This document shows positions 17,255 to 31,125 of a stretch of 64,000 bases of DNA, piece by piece (position 1 is the first letter of the stretch; each line of letters begins with the position of its first letter). Origin of the DNA: Eledone cirrhosa (taxonomy: Eukaryota). Location of the stretch: NCBI GenBank assembly GCA_964016885.1, contig OZ024743.1, positions 355,818,001-355,882,000 of the forward strand. The letters run 5' to 3'. The position numbers and the translations under genes are program-made. The notes below the pieces were generated by a model. It was not told the origin of the DNA. It did not search any database and saw only the letters and a list, made by a program, of their open reading frames with translations.

Positions 17255-17257
<3 letters not shown>
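17141..17257. repeat. Perfect palindrome, 56-bp arms, 5-nt spacer
   Basis: ataggaaccagtaagacccc...gctaattct-ggact-agaattagc...ggggtcttactggttcctat. Confidence 0.95.
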
Positions 17258-17289
<32 letters not shown>

Positions 17290-17636
17290 GTTTGTATGTA
17301 TATCACAGACACTACCGTGATGTGATAAAATCCGGTCATGTTTGTTGATCAATGTGCGGAACATATTACATCATCATCACCACCATGAAAGATATTAATC
17401 TTTATGCATGATAAGATTTGATATTGTGACTGTGTCGCTTTCGTTGGAGAAACTCTGACGATATTTCCAAATGATCAATCGTATACATTTATTGTAAGGA
17501 ACCACAGTGGTTGCCACTACGTCAAGGGTCTCTCAAAGTGAGTTATATCGATCCTTGGGATTAATTGGGATACCTAGAGGACCGATTGCACTTTGGGGTC
17601 AAAATCAGAGTTCTATAAGCAATGAAATTACATGAA

Positions 17637-18250
17637 ATAATTGTCTCTACTTTAGGCACAAGGCCAGCAAATTACCCAGTGCATTACTGGTACTTTATTT
17701 TATCGACCCCCGTAAGGATGAAAGGCAAAGTCAACCTCGGCGGGATTTGAACTCAGATCGTAAAGGGACGTAACTATGCTGGAAAGCATGGTTATAGAAA
17801 TTACATGAAATAATGATTTCTAGTATAAACAGAAGGCCAGTAATTTTTTTTTCGGGGGTGGGGGTGGGGGGGTGATTCGATTAAATCGACCCATTACGTT
17901 ACTGGTGCTTTATTTTATCGACCCCATAAGGATAAAAGGCAAAGTTAACCTCGGTGGGATTTGAACTCAGATCGTAAAGGACCATAACTTTATGCCGCAA
18001 AGCATGTTGTTCGACGCTCTACCGGTACTGCCAATCCCCACGTCCGAGTTACATGAAATAATTGTTTCTACTTTTGGTACAAGGCCAGCAATTATCCCAG
18101 TACAGTACTGGTATTTTATTTTATCGACCCCGTAAGGATGAAAGGCAAAGTTAACCTCGGCGGGATTTGAACTCAGAACATAAAGGGACGTAACTATGCT
18201 GGAAAGCATGGCGTCCGACCCTCTACCGATACTGCCAATCTACCTCCTTA
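17637..18250 (-). mobile_element. Cluster of three tandem SINE A copies
   Basis: The family consensus repeats from about 17637, 17810 and 18058, each copy preceded by ttacatgaaata. Confidence 0.85.
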
Positions 18251-19599
18251 CATGAAATAATAAAAATATACAACTTCCTTATACATGTTTCTGATTTATA
18301 TATTAGCCTTTATTGTTAATTTGTTTTATGTTCGGTTTACTGATTTCTTTATTTACTTATTCTTTTGTACATGCCTAGAGTTGATAAGGGATCAAGAATT
18401 ACACGAAGGAGTAAAAGGTATGAAAAGTTGAGGAATATTTGCTAAACGTTGTCGCTTTATGTGCTAGAAATAGTGTCCGAATCTCCCTATGGTTGTAAAT
18501 ATAAAGGCGCATTAGATAATGGAGTTCTATATACCTCTAGGGCCCAGAAGTTCACTTCTGGTCCCAGCTTTGATCTCACTGCATGAGACAACGGAAAAGT
18601 GTCTTTGATCGGCAATTTGGGTGGATCCTAATCTAGTGAATGAAATTGTGTAGATGGAAACTGTATGGACGTACCTATAGTTCAAAGGTCAAGACTTGTC
18701 ACATATTATGTCACGCTATCACTTGGGGTTTACGTTAAAGGTACACCTGTCTGGGAAATACCCAATCACTCGTTTGTTAATTTACACATTTGACGTTCAG
18801 AATAACCGAAGAACTGATTGCTCATCATCATCACATACTCTCCAAAAAAGACGAAATGACCATGGCTGAAATGTTTTTTTAGTTTAGATCTGCTTGACCC
18901 AAACTGACCTACGGCTAAACATATCACTTGTTGACATTTTTTTAGATGGTCTGTGGCTATGCGGGGACCATTTTCAAGTGTTTTAGCCCTTATTTCAGTT
19001 TGGTATTATTTAGCTGTTTGACGAACCGCTGAATTGATGGATAGAAGGGGACATGGCATAAACAACAACACTAAATGTTAGATTATAACGGGACTTCCGT
19101 ATGTCTTGTGGGAGGATGGATCTTCAAAGTTCATCTCTAAGTCATAGGCCCAGGAAAGTTCTTTTATCATATTTTTGCGGAAGACAAGCAATTGCCCATA
19201 TATACAAGACTCCCTCCTCCTCGCCACCGAAGATGTTCAAGGGAAAGGTAGTAGCAGATACAGTTTGATACCATTGACGTCGCAAGCAATCTCTGAAAGT
19301 AAAGAGCTGAAAAGATACTGCAAGGAATCTCGTCTAATGCTCTAATCAACGAAAGGATGAAAGCCACAGTTGCCCTGGTTATTTAGACATAAACACACGC
19401 ACACAGGGGCAGGTGAACTTGTCTAATGCAATTAAGTTGCAGCCCTTTACATTTTGAGTTCAAATCACACCAAGGTGATGTGCGACTGTTATCCTCTTGG
19501 AATTGATAAGATGTTTTAATTAATAGAGCTTATCACCCATAAATGGATACTTTTGATCAGTGAAAAACCAAACAATTCACTATTTTCTGCACTAGTGTC

Positions 19600-21490
19600 G
19601 TTTTTTTAACTGTTTAATCAGAAAGGGATAATCAACGCTCATGACCCTTTTCAGGGTCTCCGAGACTGGTGGTGAGGATGAAGATATCCTCATACCGGAA
19701 TCTAAGCCCACATGCTTACAGCAGAGTTGATTTTGTTTAAGGTACCCAAGAATCAGCTAGTGTTGTTAATCGGGTCACAGTGTATACAGAATGCCAAATT
19801 TGGGAATAAATTCATATCCCCGCAAAAAATTGACGCAGAGAAGTCGTTTGTGCCTCGTTGGAAGTGTTTTGGCAAGCTGCAAATGATGAAGTTAAAATTA
19901 ATCAAAGAAAGCATCTAATTTTGAAGATATAATTTGATTTCTTTATCTGGCATTTGTTTAGTTGCCGTGATTTGTGGTTGGCGGAAAATTAAATGTATTA
20001 GATTTGTAAATTTCATCAATTACTTCATAGAGATAGATTTGGCACTCTGAACCCAGCAAAAAAGACTTCATTTCTATTGTCCATTAGAAATACGGCTCGC
20101 TAATAACGTCATTTGGACAAACCCTGTTCCAAACAGCAGTGCGTTTGCTTGTTCAGTTTCGTCGGTTGGAGCTATAGAGGATCAAGATGTGCTGTATGTA
20201 GGACTTGAGCCTTCTTTGGATGTTAGAAAAAGTTTTGGTTCATATGTCACAGTGAATGATATAAATGTGAATGTCATTTGCAAAACAGTGTTCAATGATT
20301 GATGGCAAGATGCTGTCTCTTCTTCAAGGTGACAGTGGTTCATTCTGTCATTTCTGTCACCCACATGAGCTGATGCAAATGATACTTCATTAGTTTCTGA
20401 TGGATTCAAGAGAACAAAGGATTATAATTCCTGTAAGGAAGCATGGGAAAATTGGTTGCTGTCGAGATATCATATTCTAGCAGTGACAGGCAGGGTGAAT
20501 GCCATAAAAACATTATAAAAGCAGATTTGAATTGTTTCTCAGTCCTTCACTTCAAACTGAGATTAGATTTTGCTCAAGACATTTTGGTTGTCAGTCAAGA
20601 AACACGGAGTGAAGCTATTGTGGTTTATTCAGTATGTCAAGCAACAGGGCATTGACCATATCAGGTCAACCATTGGAATTCTAATGGACTCACCCAATGG
20701 AATATGTGTGGACACCAATACGGGGCCATTGGTTGACTGATGTTTCAGTCCGAAAAATCGCCAAAATATGTTCTCTCATTTTGACCCAGGAAGACAAGGA
20801 CAATTATGAAATATTCTTGTCTCTGACCAACGTTATGGTCCATGTCACACAACCAGTGAACCAGAAGAAGGTAAGGTCTGACAGACTGAAGACACTTGGG
20901 ATTGTTTTAATGTTACACCTAAAGAAACGCATTTTTTGATGAGAGAGACTTCTCATGGGTGGTTATAATTTCCCCATTCCTTCAAATGTCTGCTCAGCTG
21001 GGAACGTTTTGAATGAAATGGTGGGCAGTCAATTGTGAAATGAAGTGAAAATCCAGTTGGAACAAACACATTCTAAAGTGGGGCAGCTGCAAGATCTTGC
21101 CAGCTTTCAATAAAAGACAACATTCATAACATCTTCTGAGGGATGATTATAATGTCTCATCCAGAAATTTCATCAAAAAGACCTTTAACACTACATCAAA
21201 ACACATTTAAACAGAAATTGACCCTATCAAATTCAAAAAGTCTTTGGACAAATTCCTATAAGCAATCCCGGACAAACCTCCTACACCCAGATACGTTTCC
21301 CTAAACAATAACTCTCTACTTGAGTGGGCCATGGTGTCCAAATACTTACACATGTTTCAAGAGAGTTGTACATCAAATTATTCGAATAATATTAGGTGAA
21401 AATTCGTATAATCAAGATTTGAAAGACTTCGCCAGGTGGTGCTATCAAGTTAGATATGGCCTCGGACAATACTGGCCGAAACCTATCAAA
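19600..21490 (+). mobile_element. Highly decayed CR1/L2-like LINE remnant
   Basis: Fragmentary motifs: APE-like LMGGYNFP near 20950 and C-terminal SLDKFL*AIPDKPPTPRYVSLNNNSLLEW near 21240-21330. Boundaries are uncertain. Confidence 0.45.
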
Positions 21491-21491
21491 G

Positions 21492-21563
<72 letters not shown>

Positions 21564-21918
21564 TGTATATATATATATATATGCGTGTCGTGTGTGTGTG
21601 TGTGTGTGTATTTCTGTTTACCTTTTACATATATATAAATATATATGTATAAATATATGTATATGCATACACACACACACACAACGCACACACACACGTA
21701 CAGCTCTATATACAAAACGTTTTTTTTTCTCGTTCAGATAGACACGCTCCATCATACACTTTTCAAAAAAAGTATATCATACACAAAACACCAGCATCAT
21801 CAGTTTTCCAAGAGCTGACAACAAAAATCGATCTGTTTTTTTCTCTAAAAAATTGTTTCCCATTTCCACCCTGCCCGTCTCCTCAACCTTTTTATTTCTT
21901 CTTTAATTTCTGATCTTT

Positions 21919-21955
21919 TCTTCTGATAAAGGACTAGTATCCGAAACGTTAAGAC
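21919..21955 (+). ncRNA. Minimal hammerhead motif, core variant CTGATAA
   Basis: tctt-CTGATAA-aGGA-ctagta-TCC-GAAACGTT-aaga. It is the inverted partner of 22244-22278. Confidence 0.55.
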
Positions 21956-22042
21956 TTTCTTCCTGCTATTTCAAGCGTTAAACTAATATATTCCTTCTAT
22001 ATACTGTGCCGCTTTTTTTTATTTCTGTTTACCTTTTACACA

Positions 22043-22158
<116 letters not shown>

Positions 22159-22243
22159 AAAAGTAAACAGAAATAACAAAACAAACGGCATGGTACTTGG
22201 CAGAAATATATTAGTTTAACGCTTGAAATACCAAGAAGAGAGT

Positions 22244-22278
22244 CTTAACGTTTCGGATGCTAGTCCTTCATCAGAAGA
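22244..22278 (-). ncRNA. Minimal type I hammerhead ribozyme motif
   Basis: Minus strand reads tctt-CTGATGA-aGGA-ctagca-TCC-GAAACGTT-aaga, with an intact core and a 4-bp stem I. Confidence 0.75.
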
Positions 22279-23026
22279 TAGAGTTAGAAATAGAAAATAA
22301 ATAGAAAGAAAAGTGTGATAAGAGGAAGGAACGGGGGAAAAATGGGGGAGAAAAAAAACACATGTGCATATTTAGTCGGCCATTTTGGAGAGTGGCTGGT
22401 GAAGGGCTATCTACCGCGTTAGAGAGGTTTAGGAGGAGAAGTAATCAATGTATATGTGAGATTGACATGTGAGTATTCGTGCGTGTGTTGGTGTGTGTTT
22501 GTGTTTGTGTGTGTGTGCGCGCGCGTGTTTGTATGTGTGCATGTATGTGCGCGTGAAGGTTTGTTGGTATGTTTGAAGGAGAGATCAGTAACCATGACAG
22601 GCTGGCTACCTAGGATGCTAAATAACCAGGCGCCGGGCCTACATACAGCCCTCACGTTTTTTTTTTCTAATTATAAATTTGTCTGCATAATTCCGCACAG
22701 TTTGCAAGCTGCTTTATAAGTAAACATTAACGAGTCCTGGTGACATTTAAAATGAAATTGTTAACTTTATTTAATGCTGGCCTTGTGCCTAAATAAAGAA
22801 ACCATTATTATTTTTATCATTGATTGATGACTGCCAGACGTGCCGAGTACTCTAAGAAGTTTCGAGAAAATTAATTACTTACATTTTATTGCATCTATGC
22901 TTTTGTGACATATTTAGTAACTGGAGAAATACCGCCCCTCTAGGGGAAGATATTTGAACTTTAATAGTCATTTGCCGCCAAACTATACCAAACCCGCATT
23001 ATATATATATGTGTGTGTGTGTGCAT

Positions 23027-23119
<93 letters not shown>

Positions 23120-23191
23120 CATATATATAAATATACATATATATAAATATACATATATATATATATACATATATATATATGTATATATATG

Positions 23192-23273
<82 letters not shown>

Positions 23274-23393
23274 TTATATATGTATAAATGGAATAGAATG
23301 AAACGAAATTTCATTTCTCACTCTTAGTACGGCACTTACTTAAATGTAAGTATGTATACGTACATACATATATGTATACAGACGTACAGTAGC

Positions 23394-23442
<49 letters not shown>

Positions 23443-23760
23443 CATACAGGCACACATATATATATGCACGTATCAGTTTACCGAACATTTATTATAATGT
23501 TCGCTTTGTTCGTTTGTAAACAAACGAACAGCCTGATTTACGCCGTACAGTGTTTAGGCAACCACGTCACCTTTTTGTTCAACACCGACACAGGAACGAT
23601 GTACTAGTTTCAAGCTTGTTAGCTATCGTCAGCACCGTATACCTTTCTTCCAGATGGTTGAACGTCCGAAAGTATATACTTTCCTTATGAAAATTAACGG
23701 CTGAGCAACCTAATTTGCATATCGAGTGAGTTCAGTCGGCCAGGCGCACCGAAAACGATA

Positions 23761-25258
<1,498 letters not shown>

Positions 25259-25260
<2 letters not shown>

Positions 25261-25887
25261 AGTTAATATGCCCAAGGGTACTAAGTACCCCTAGAAATAT
25301 ATAGGTTGTCTATGATTAAAGGTTGTTCAATGGTATTAATTTGACATACCAGAACTATAATATTAAGATAAGCAGAACAAGCAAAATTCAACCAATTTTT
25401 TTAAATAAATTAAAAAATATAATTTAAATATTTACCTATCCTTATGGCCCTTACCGATCAGTTTCGCTTTGTAAAACACCAGAAATCCAATGGATTTCTT
25501 ATGGAAAATCAAAGTTCATCAGAGAAGCATTTTCCTTTCCTAGAGCTAAAAACCCAGGAACGATAAAATATATCGCCTTCCGCCAGCTAGCACGGATCTA
25601 ATGAGGTCGAAATAGTGACCCGTACGTGAACCAGTCTGAAGTAAAAGCGGGAAAACCATAGACGTGCTGTCTATATTACTACTAAAAAAATAGCAGCTAA
25701 ATAGAACAACAGATTTGTTCTCTACATAACGGAGTTTAATAAATGAAGTTAATATGCCCAAGGGTACTAAGTACCCCTAGAAATACATAGTTTGTCTATG
25801 ATTCAAGGTTGTTCAATGGTATTAATTTGACATACCAGAACTATAATATTAAGATAAGCAGAACAAGCAAAATTCAACCAATTTTTT
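25259..25887 (-). mobile_element. 486-bp unit with ~140-bp terminal direct repeat containing a hammerhead motif (pseudo-LTR/retrozyme-like)
   Basis: 25259-25400 is repeated at 25745-25887. The hammerhead lies at 25448-25526 on the minus strand, and (TA)n flanks both sides. Confidence 0.75.
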
Positions 25888-25932
<45 letters not shown>

Positions 25933-25936
<4 letters not shown>

Positions 25937-26205
25937 ATGAAATCGAAAATGCAACTGGAGTCTTATTTAAAAAAATATATATATATTTATTTGGTTCCTT
26001 TACCGGTTTCGCAGTTCTTCTGCTTTTCAAAATCAGAGTTGAGATGGAGGTCTGTGGATTTTCTCAGATGTGAGAAAAAGCACAGACCCTCCATTTAAAC
26101 TCTACTTTTGAAAAGCAGAAGAACTGCGAAACCGGTAAAGGAACGAAATAAATATATATATATTTTTTAAAATAAGACTCAAGTTGCATTTTCGATTTCA
26201 TCTTT
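25933..26205. repeat. ~270-bp imperfect palindrome with GAAACCGGTA in each arm
   Basis: aaagatgaaatcgaaaatgcaact... / ...agttgcattttcgatttcatcttt, centred on ttctca-gatg-tgagaa. Confidence 0.9.
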
Positions 26206-26307
26206 TGTTCTTTATACTTTCACTCGTGTAGGACACCTCGGTTATTTTTCATTTTGTAAAAAATACGTCACTTTCTAATATATATATATATATACATATA
26301 TATATAA

Positions 26308-26376
<69 letters not shown>

Positions 26377-26409
26377 GTATATTTATATATTTATATACAT
26401 ATGTATATA

Positions 26410-26501
<92 letters not shown>

Positions 26502-27211
26502 CTATATCATATTTTTTCTCTAAAAATCATATTTTCCCTATCACCGCATTTTCTCTATCGTATTTTCTTAAACAAAACAAATCTTGTATTTTCGTTTATT
26601 GTTAAATTATGCCCAAAATACGGCGATCTTATCTTAAACCTTACATTCTCGCTTAATTCTGTCATATTTTCATATTCTGTCGTATTTTCATAACAAAAAC
26701 AAATCACTATTATATATTCCTTTAAATATATTTTGTTAAACTTGCTAAGTTCTACGCAAAACTTCTAGTACTTATTTAAACTCTTAACCTCTGCTCCATC
26801 CCATCTTCTACCCCCTACCCATACATCATGCTGGTTCCTGCCCCCCCCCCACCCCCATCCCTCTCTATACATATAAGATAAATCCCTACCAAAATTAATC
26901 ACAATCGCCAACTCGCTATTTCTGGGATGGCTCTTCTTGCGGTATAAAGTAATGTCCAAATATTTTTCTCGATTCTTCTCTCCATTCGAATCCATTCATT
27001 TCAATGACTGTTCTATGTCCTAATTTCACACTATATCATATTTTCACCATTCTATCATTCTATATCATATTTTTTCTCTAAAAATCATATTTTCCCTATC
27101 ACCGCATTTTCTCTATCGTATTTTCTTAAACAAAACAAATCTTGTATTTTCGTTTATTGTTAAATTATGCCCAAAATACGGCGATCTTATCTTAAACCTT
27201 ACATTCTCGCT
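26502..27211. repeat. 152-bp direct repeat (26502-26653 and 27060-27211) upstream of the RTE ORF
   Basis: Two visually identical copies of ctatatcatattttttctc...ccttacattctcgct. Confidence 0.9.
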
Positions 27212-30200
27212 AACAACACATCATCCCTCCCACCCTCCCCCACGCACCACCATTATTACGTGGACCAATCATAAGTCAGAGGCCCATACTATCGCCTAAC
27301 TGGTTGCTTTTCGATATGATGGATGGACTACGGAATTCTGGAGAGTTGAAGAGAGAAAAATGTGGACGCTCAGCGACAATGCCAAAGATAAAGACAAATT
27401 CACCTCGTGGACGAGAATGCAAGCACTCCGCCTTGTTTCGGCCCAGGATGGCTAACATAACCCCCCCCCCCCCCCGCCCCGCCCCCCTCCCACCCTCCAA
27501 ACGCAATCCAAAACTTCAGAGTTGGTACCATGAATGTAGGCACCTTAAAGGGTCGCTCTAACGAGGTTGTAGAAATGCTTGAACGTAAGGAGGTCGATGT
27601 TTGTTGTATTCAAGAGACCAGGTGGAGGGGAGGGTCGGCTAGATTCATCGTGGGTAAAGAACGATGCTATAAGCTTTTCTGGGTGGGAAATGACAATGGG
27701 TTGGGTGGGGTAGGAATCATGGTAGCAGAAAAGTGGGCAGATAAGATAATAGACGTAAATAGAGTGAACGACAGAATAATTAAAATAAGACTTGTCCTCA
27801 ATAAAACTACGGTGACAGTAATATCTGCGTACGCACCACAATCCGGACTGCCCGGTGCTATAAAAGACAGATTCTACGAGACACTGATGCTCGCTACCTC
27901 CCAAATAACCGACAGTGACTATATAGTTATTGCAGGCGACCTAAATGGTCACGTTGGACAGCATTGTGACGGCTACGACGGAATCCATGGAGGCTATGGG
28001 TTCGGTACTAGAAATGAGGAAGGCTCCAGAATCCTGGAATTCTGCGACGCAAATAACTTAACTATCTGTAACACTAACTTCAAAAAACGAGACAATCACT
28101 TGATCACCTATAGATCGGGGGAACACACAAGCCAGGTAGATTATATCCTTACCAGAAGACGTGACAGAGTGTCTGTTGTTAACACTAAATCCCTCCCCCA
28201 TGAAGAATTCACCTCCCAACATAGACTGATAATTAGCGACCTCATAGTCAGGACGAGACGTACTAGACAGCGGAAGAGGACTATCCTCAGGAGAAAAATA
28301 TGGAAGCTAAAGGACCCCATAGCCAGAAATAAATTTCAAAGCATATTACTTGACGCTTTCGACAGTAAGGAAGAGCAATTAGAGTCGTATAATATAGAGG
28401 AACAGTGGGAATTCCTGAGAGCAAACCTGCTGACGGCGGCAGACGAAGTCTGTGGCTGGAGCAGGCCTGTAGGTAGGAGGAGAGTAACATGGTGGTGGAA
28501 CAGTAAGGTGGAGGAGTCAATTAAGGCCAAAAAGCAGGCTTGGAAAGCATGGCGGGATGGGGGAAGTAGAGAAGACTATCAGGTAGCCAGGAGGGAAGCT
28601 AGGAGACAAGTGTACTTCGCAAGAAGGGAAGCAGAGGAAAGAAAGTTCAAGCATGTTCTACAACGTGAGGACCAAAAACGTGAGGTGTTCAGGATTGCCA
28701 GGCAATGTGTCAAGGAAAACCGTGATATTGTCGGGGAGAAGTGTGTGCTTAACGATGATGGCATACTTGCCATCACCGACGCTGATAAGAAGGTAGCTTG
28801 GAAGTGTCACTACGAAAGGCTTCTAAATGAGGAGAACAAATGGGAGAAAGACAGTCTCCCCCACATCGACCCAATAGAGGGACCAGCAGTGTTAGTCCAG
28901 GGTAGTACAATAAGCAAGGCAATCAAAGATATGAAGACGGGTAAGGCGGCTGGTCCTTCGGAAATAGTTGCTGAGATGCTGAAGGCATCTGGTTCGGTGG
29001 GACACACCATGGTCACCCGGATAGTTAACCAAGTCGTACAGAATGGGGTTGTTCCGAGGGACTGGCGTAGCAGCATCATCGTTAACTGCTATAAGGGAAA
29101 AGGAGATGCCCTAGATAGGAGTAACTATAGAGGCATTAAATTAATCGACCAGGTCATGAAGGTCACGGAAAAAGTAATAGCGCAACTAATCAGAGAGAGA
29201 ATTGATCTAGATGAAATGCAGTTCGGGTTTGTGTCAGGCAAAAGTACCACAGACGCTCTTTTCATTGTACGACAACTACAGGAGAAGTACCTAGCTAAAA
29301 GTAAACCCCTATACTTAGCTTTCGTCGACTTGGAGAAAGCCTTCGACAGAGTCCCCCGTTCCATTATCTGGTGGTCTCTTAGAAAACTAGGTGTTGACGA
29401 ATGGCTTGTGAGAGCTATACAAGCCATGTATAAAGAAACAGTCAGTAAGGTTAGAATTAACAACGAATATAGTGAAGAGTTTAGCGTAAAAGTTGGTGTC
29501 CATCAGGGCTCTGTTCTTAGCCCCCTACTATTTATTATTGCCCTTCAGGCTATAACAGAGGAGTTCAAGACCGGCTGCCCATGGGAACTCCTATACGCAG
29601 ATGATCTAACGCTCATAGCTGAATCAATGATCGAACTAGAGAAGAAATTCCAAACATGGAAGCACGGCCTAGAATCAAAAGGCCTTAAAATTAACCTGGC
29701 TAAGACTAAAGTTCTAGTTTGTAGGAAAGAAAATATGGCGGCAGTCCCATCTGGGAAATGGCCATGCTCAGTGTGTAGGAAAGGCGTAGGTAGAAACTCC
29801 ATTTTATGTCCCAAATGCAAAGTATGGGTGCATAAAAGATGTAGTGGGATCACAGGTAAGCTAACTAAGAACATAGATTTTACATGTGGCCGGTGCTCTG
29901 GTGCAATAAGTAGCAGCAAGTGCCCACAAAATACTAGCTCTTTCAACTGCGCAGAGGGTTCTATAGAAATAGTGGACAGCTTCCGTTACCTGGGTGACAA
30001 AATCAGCAGTGGGGGAGGGTGCTCTGAAAGTACAGTAGCTAGAGTCAGAACTGGATGGAAAAAGTTCAGAGAGCTTATACCACTATTAGCCGCTAGAGGG
30101 TTCTCCCTAAAAATGAAAGGCAGGTTATACGATGCCTGCATACGAACAGCAATGCTGCATGGCAGTGAGACCTGGGCATTGTGTGCAGAGGATATACGCA

Positions 30201-31059
30201 GACGAGAGAGGAACGAAGCTTGCATGCTCCGCTGGATGTGCAATAGTAATATACGTGAACGGCAAAGCATAAACGAACTAAGGAAAAAATTAGAAATAAG
30301 AGGGATCAGATGTTGTTTACTCGAGAGAAGGCTACGTTGGTACGGTCACGGGATGCGCATGAAAGACGACAGCTGTATAACAAAGTGCAGGGCAATAAAG
30401 ATAGACGGTAGCCACGGAGTAGGCAGACCCAGAAAAACATGGGACGAGCTGATAAATTCCGACCTCACACGCTTACACCTCTCCAAGACAATGTCACTGG
30501 ACCGAGACCTTTGGCGGTACTCAGTAATAGAGAAGACCCGCCTTACCTAAATACAAAGTAAAAACCTACTACAGTCAGTAGGCATCTCTATCAAAACACC
30601 CCCCCGTCCCACCACCTCCACCCCATCCACACCGCCCCTTTCAATGTACAGTTATGTTGGTCCCACAACATCCAGACCGAAACAAATGAGATCGTGTAGG
30701 TGTCACGACAAAAAAACAAACAGTCCACGCTGTAAATGTGGCCGTGTAGGCAACACGGTAAAAACCTCCCAGCCCCACACTGTAAATGTGGTTGGTGTTA
30801 GGAAGGGCATCCAGCTGTAGAAAACCCGCCAGACAGTCCACGCTGTAATGTGGCCGTGTAGGCAACACGGTAAAAACCTCCCCGCCCCACACTGTAAATG
30901 TGGTTGGTGTTAGGAAGGGCATCCAACTGTAGAAAACCCGCCAGACAGTCCTATGCGAGCAAGACAACCACTCTTGCCTCAAGTGGGAAAACCCCCGTCC
31001 AAACCCATGCAAGCGTGGAACACGGACGCTAAACCTGATGATGATGATGATGATGATGA

Positions 31060-31062
<3 letters not shown>
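27212..31062 (+). mobile_element. Probable full-length RTE LINE with 3' UTR and (GAT)n tail
   Basis: ORF as above, a 3' UTR with a ~113-bp tandem duplication (30720-30950), and a (GAT)n tail at 31037-31062. The 5' boundary is uncertain. Confidence 0.85.
27530..30550 (+). CDS. RTE-clade LINE polyprotein: APE endonuclease + reverse transcriptase + PHD-like zinc finger
   Basis: Uninterrupted 1006-aa ORF. APE motifs NVGTL, QETR, SAYAPQ, GDLNGH and VDYIL. RT motifs FVDLEKAFD, GVHQGSVLSP and YADD. RTE C-terminus RRLRWYGH..GRPRKTW. The true start is probably upstream, because FRVGT precedes the Met and a poly-C run at ~27461 may shift the frame. Confidence 0.96.
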   Translation: MNVGTLKGRSNEVVEMLERKEVDVCCIQETRWRGGSARFIVGKERCYKLFWVGNDNGLGGVGIMVAEKWADKIIDVNRVNDRIIKIRLVLNKTTVTVISAYAPQSGLPGAIKDRFYETLMLATSQITDSDYIVIAGDLNGHVGQHCDGYDGIHGGYGFGTRNEEGSRILEFCDANNLTICNTNFKKRDNHLITYRSGEHTSQVDYILTRRRDRVSVVNTKSLPHEEFTSQHRLIISDLIVRTRRTRQRKRTILRRKIWKLKDPIARNKFQSILLDAFDSKEEQLESYNIEEQWEFLRANLLTAADEVCGWSRPVGRRRVTWWWNSKVEESIKAKKQAWKAWRDGGSREDYQVARREARRQVYFARREAEERKFKHVLQREDQKREVFRIARQCVKENRDIVGEKCVLNDDGILAITDADKKVAWKCHYERLLNEENKWEKDSLPHIDPIEGPAVLVQGSTISKAIKDMKTGKAAGPSEIVAEMLKASGSVGHTMVTRIVNQVVQNGVVPRDWRSSIIVNCYKGKGDALDRSNYRGIKLIDQVMKVTEKVIAQLIRERIDLDEMQFGFVSGKSTTDALFIVRQLQEKYLAKSKPLYLAFVDLEKAFDRVPRSIIWWSLRKLGVDEWLVRAIQAMYKETVSKVRINNEYSEEFSVKVGVHQGSVLSPLLFIIALQAITEEFKTGCPWELLYADDLTLIAESMIELEKKFQTWKHGLESKGLKINLAKTKVLVCRKENMAAVPSGKWPCSVCRKGVGRNSILCPKCKVWVHKRCSGITGKLTKNIDFTCGRCSGAISSSKCPQNTSSFNCAEGSIEIVDSFRYLGDKISSGGGCSESTVARVRTGWKKFRELIPLLAARGFSLKMKGRLYDACIRTAMLHGSETWALCAEDIRRRERNEACMLRWMCNSNIRERQSINELRKKLEIRGIRCCLLERRLRWYGHGMRMKDDSCITKCRAIKIDGSHGVGRPRKTWDELINSDLTRLHLSKTMSLDRDLWRYSVIEKTRLT

Positions 31063-31120
<58 letters not shown>

Positions 31121-31125
<5 letters not shown>

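Noticed and set aside
27390-27460. HDV-like ribozyme in the RTE 5' UTR (acctcgt...GGCTAA)
   Set aside because: I could not find matching P1 and P2 pairings.
27545-30270. Minus-strand ORFs overlapping the RTE ORF
   Set aside because: Antisense shadows of a long coding frame, with no recognisable motifs.
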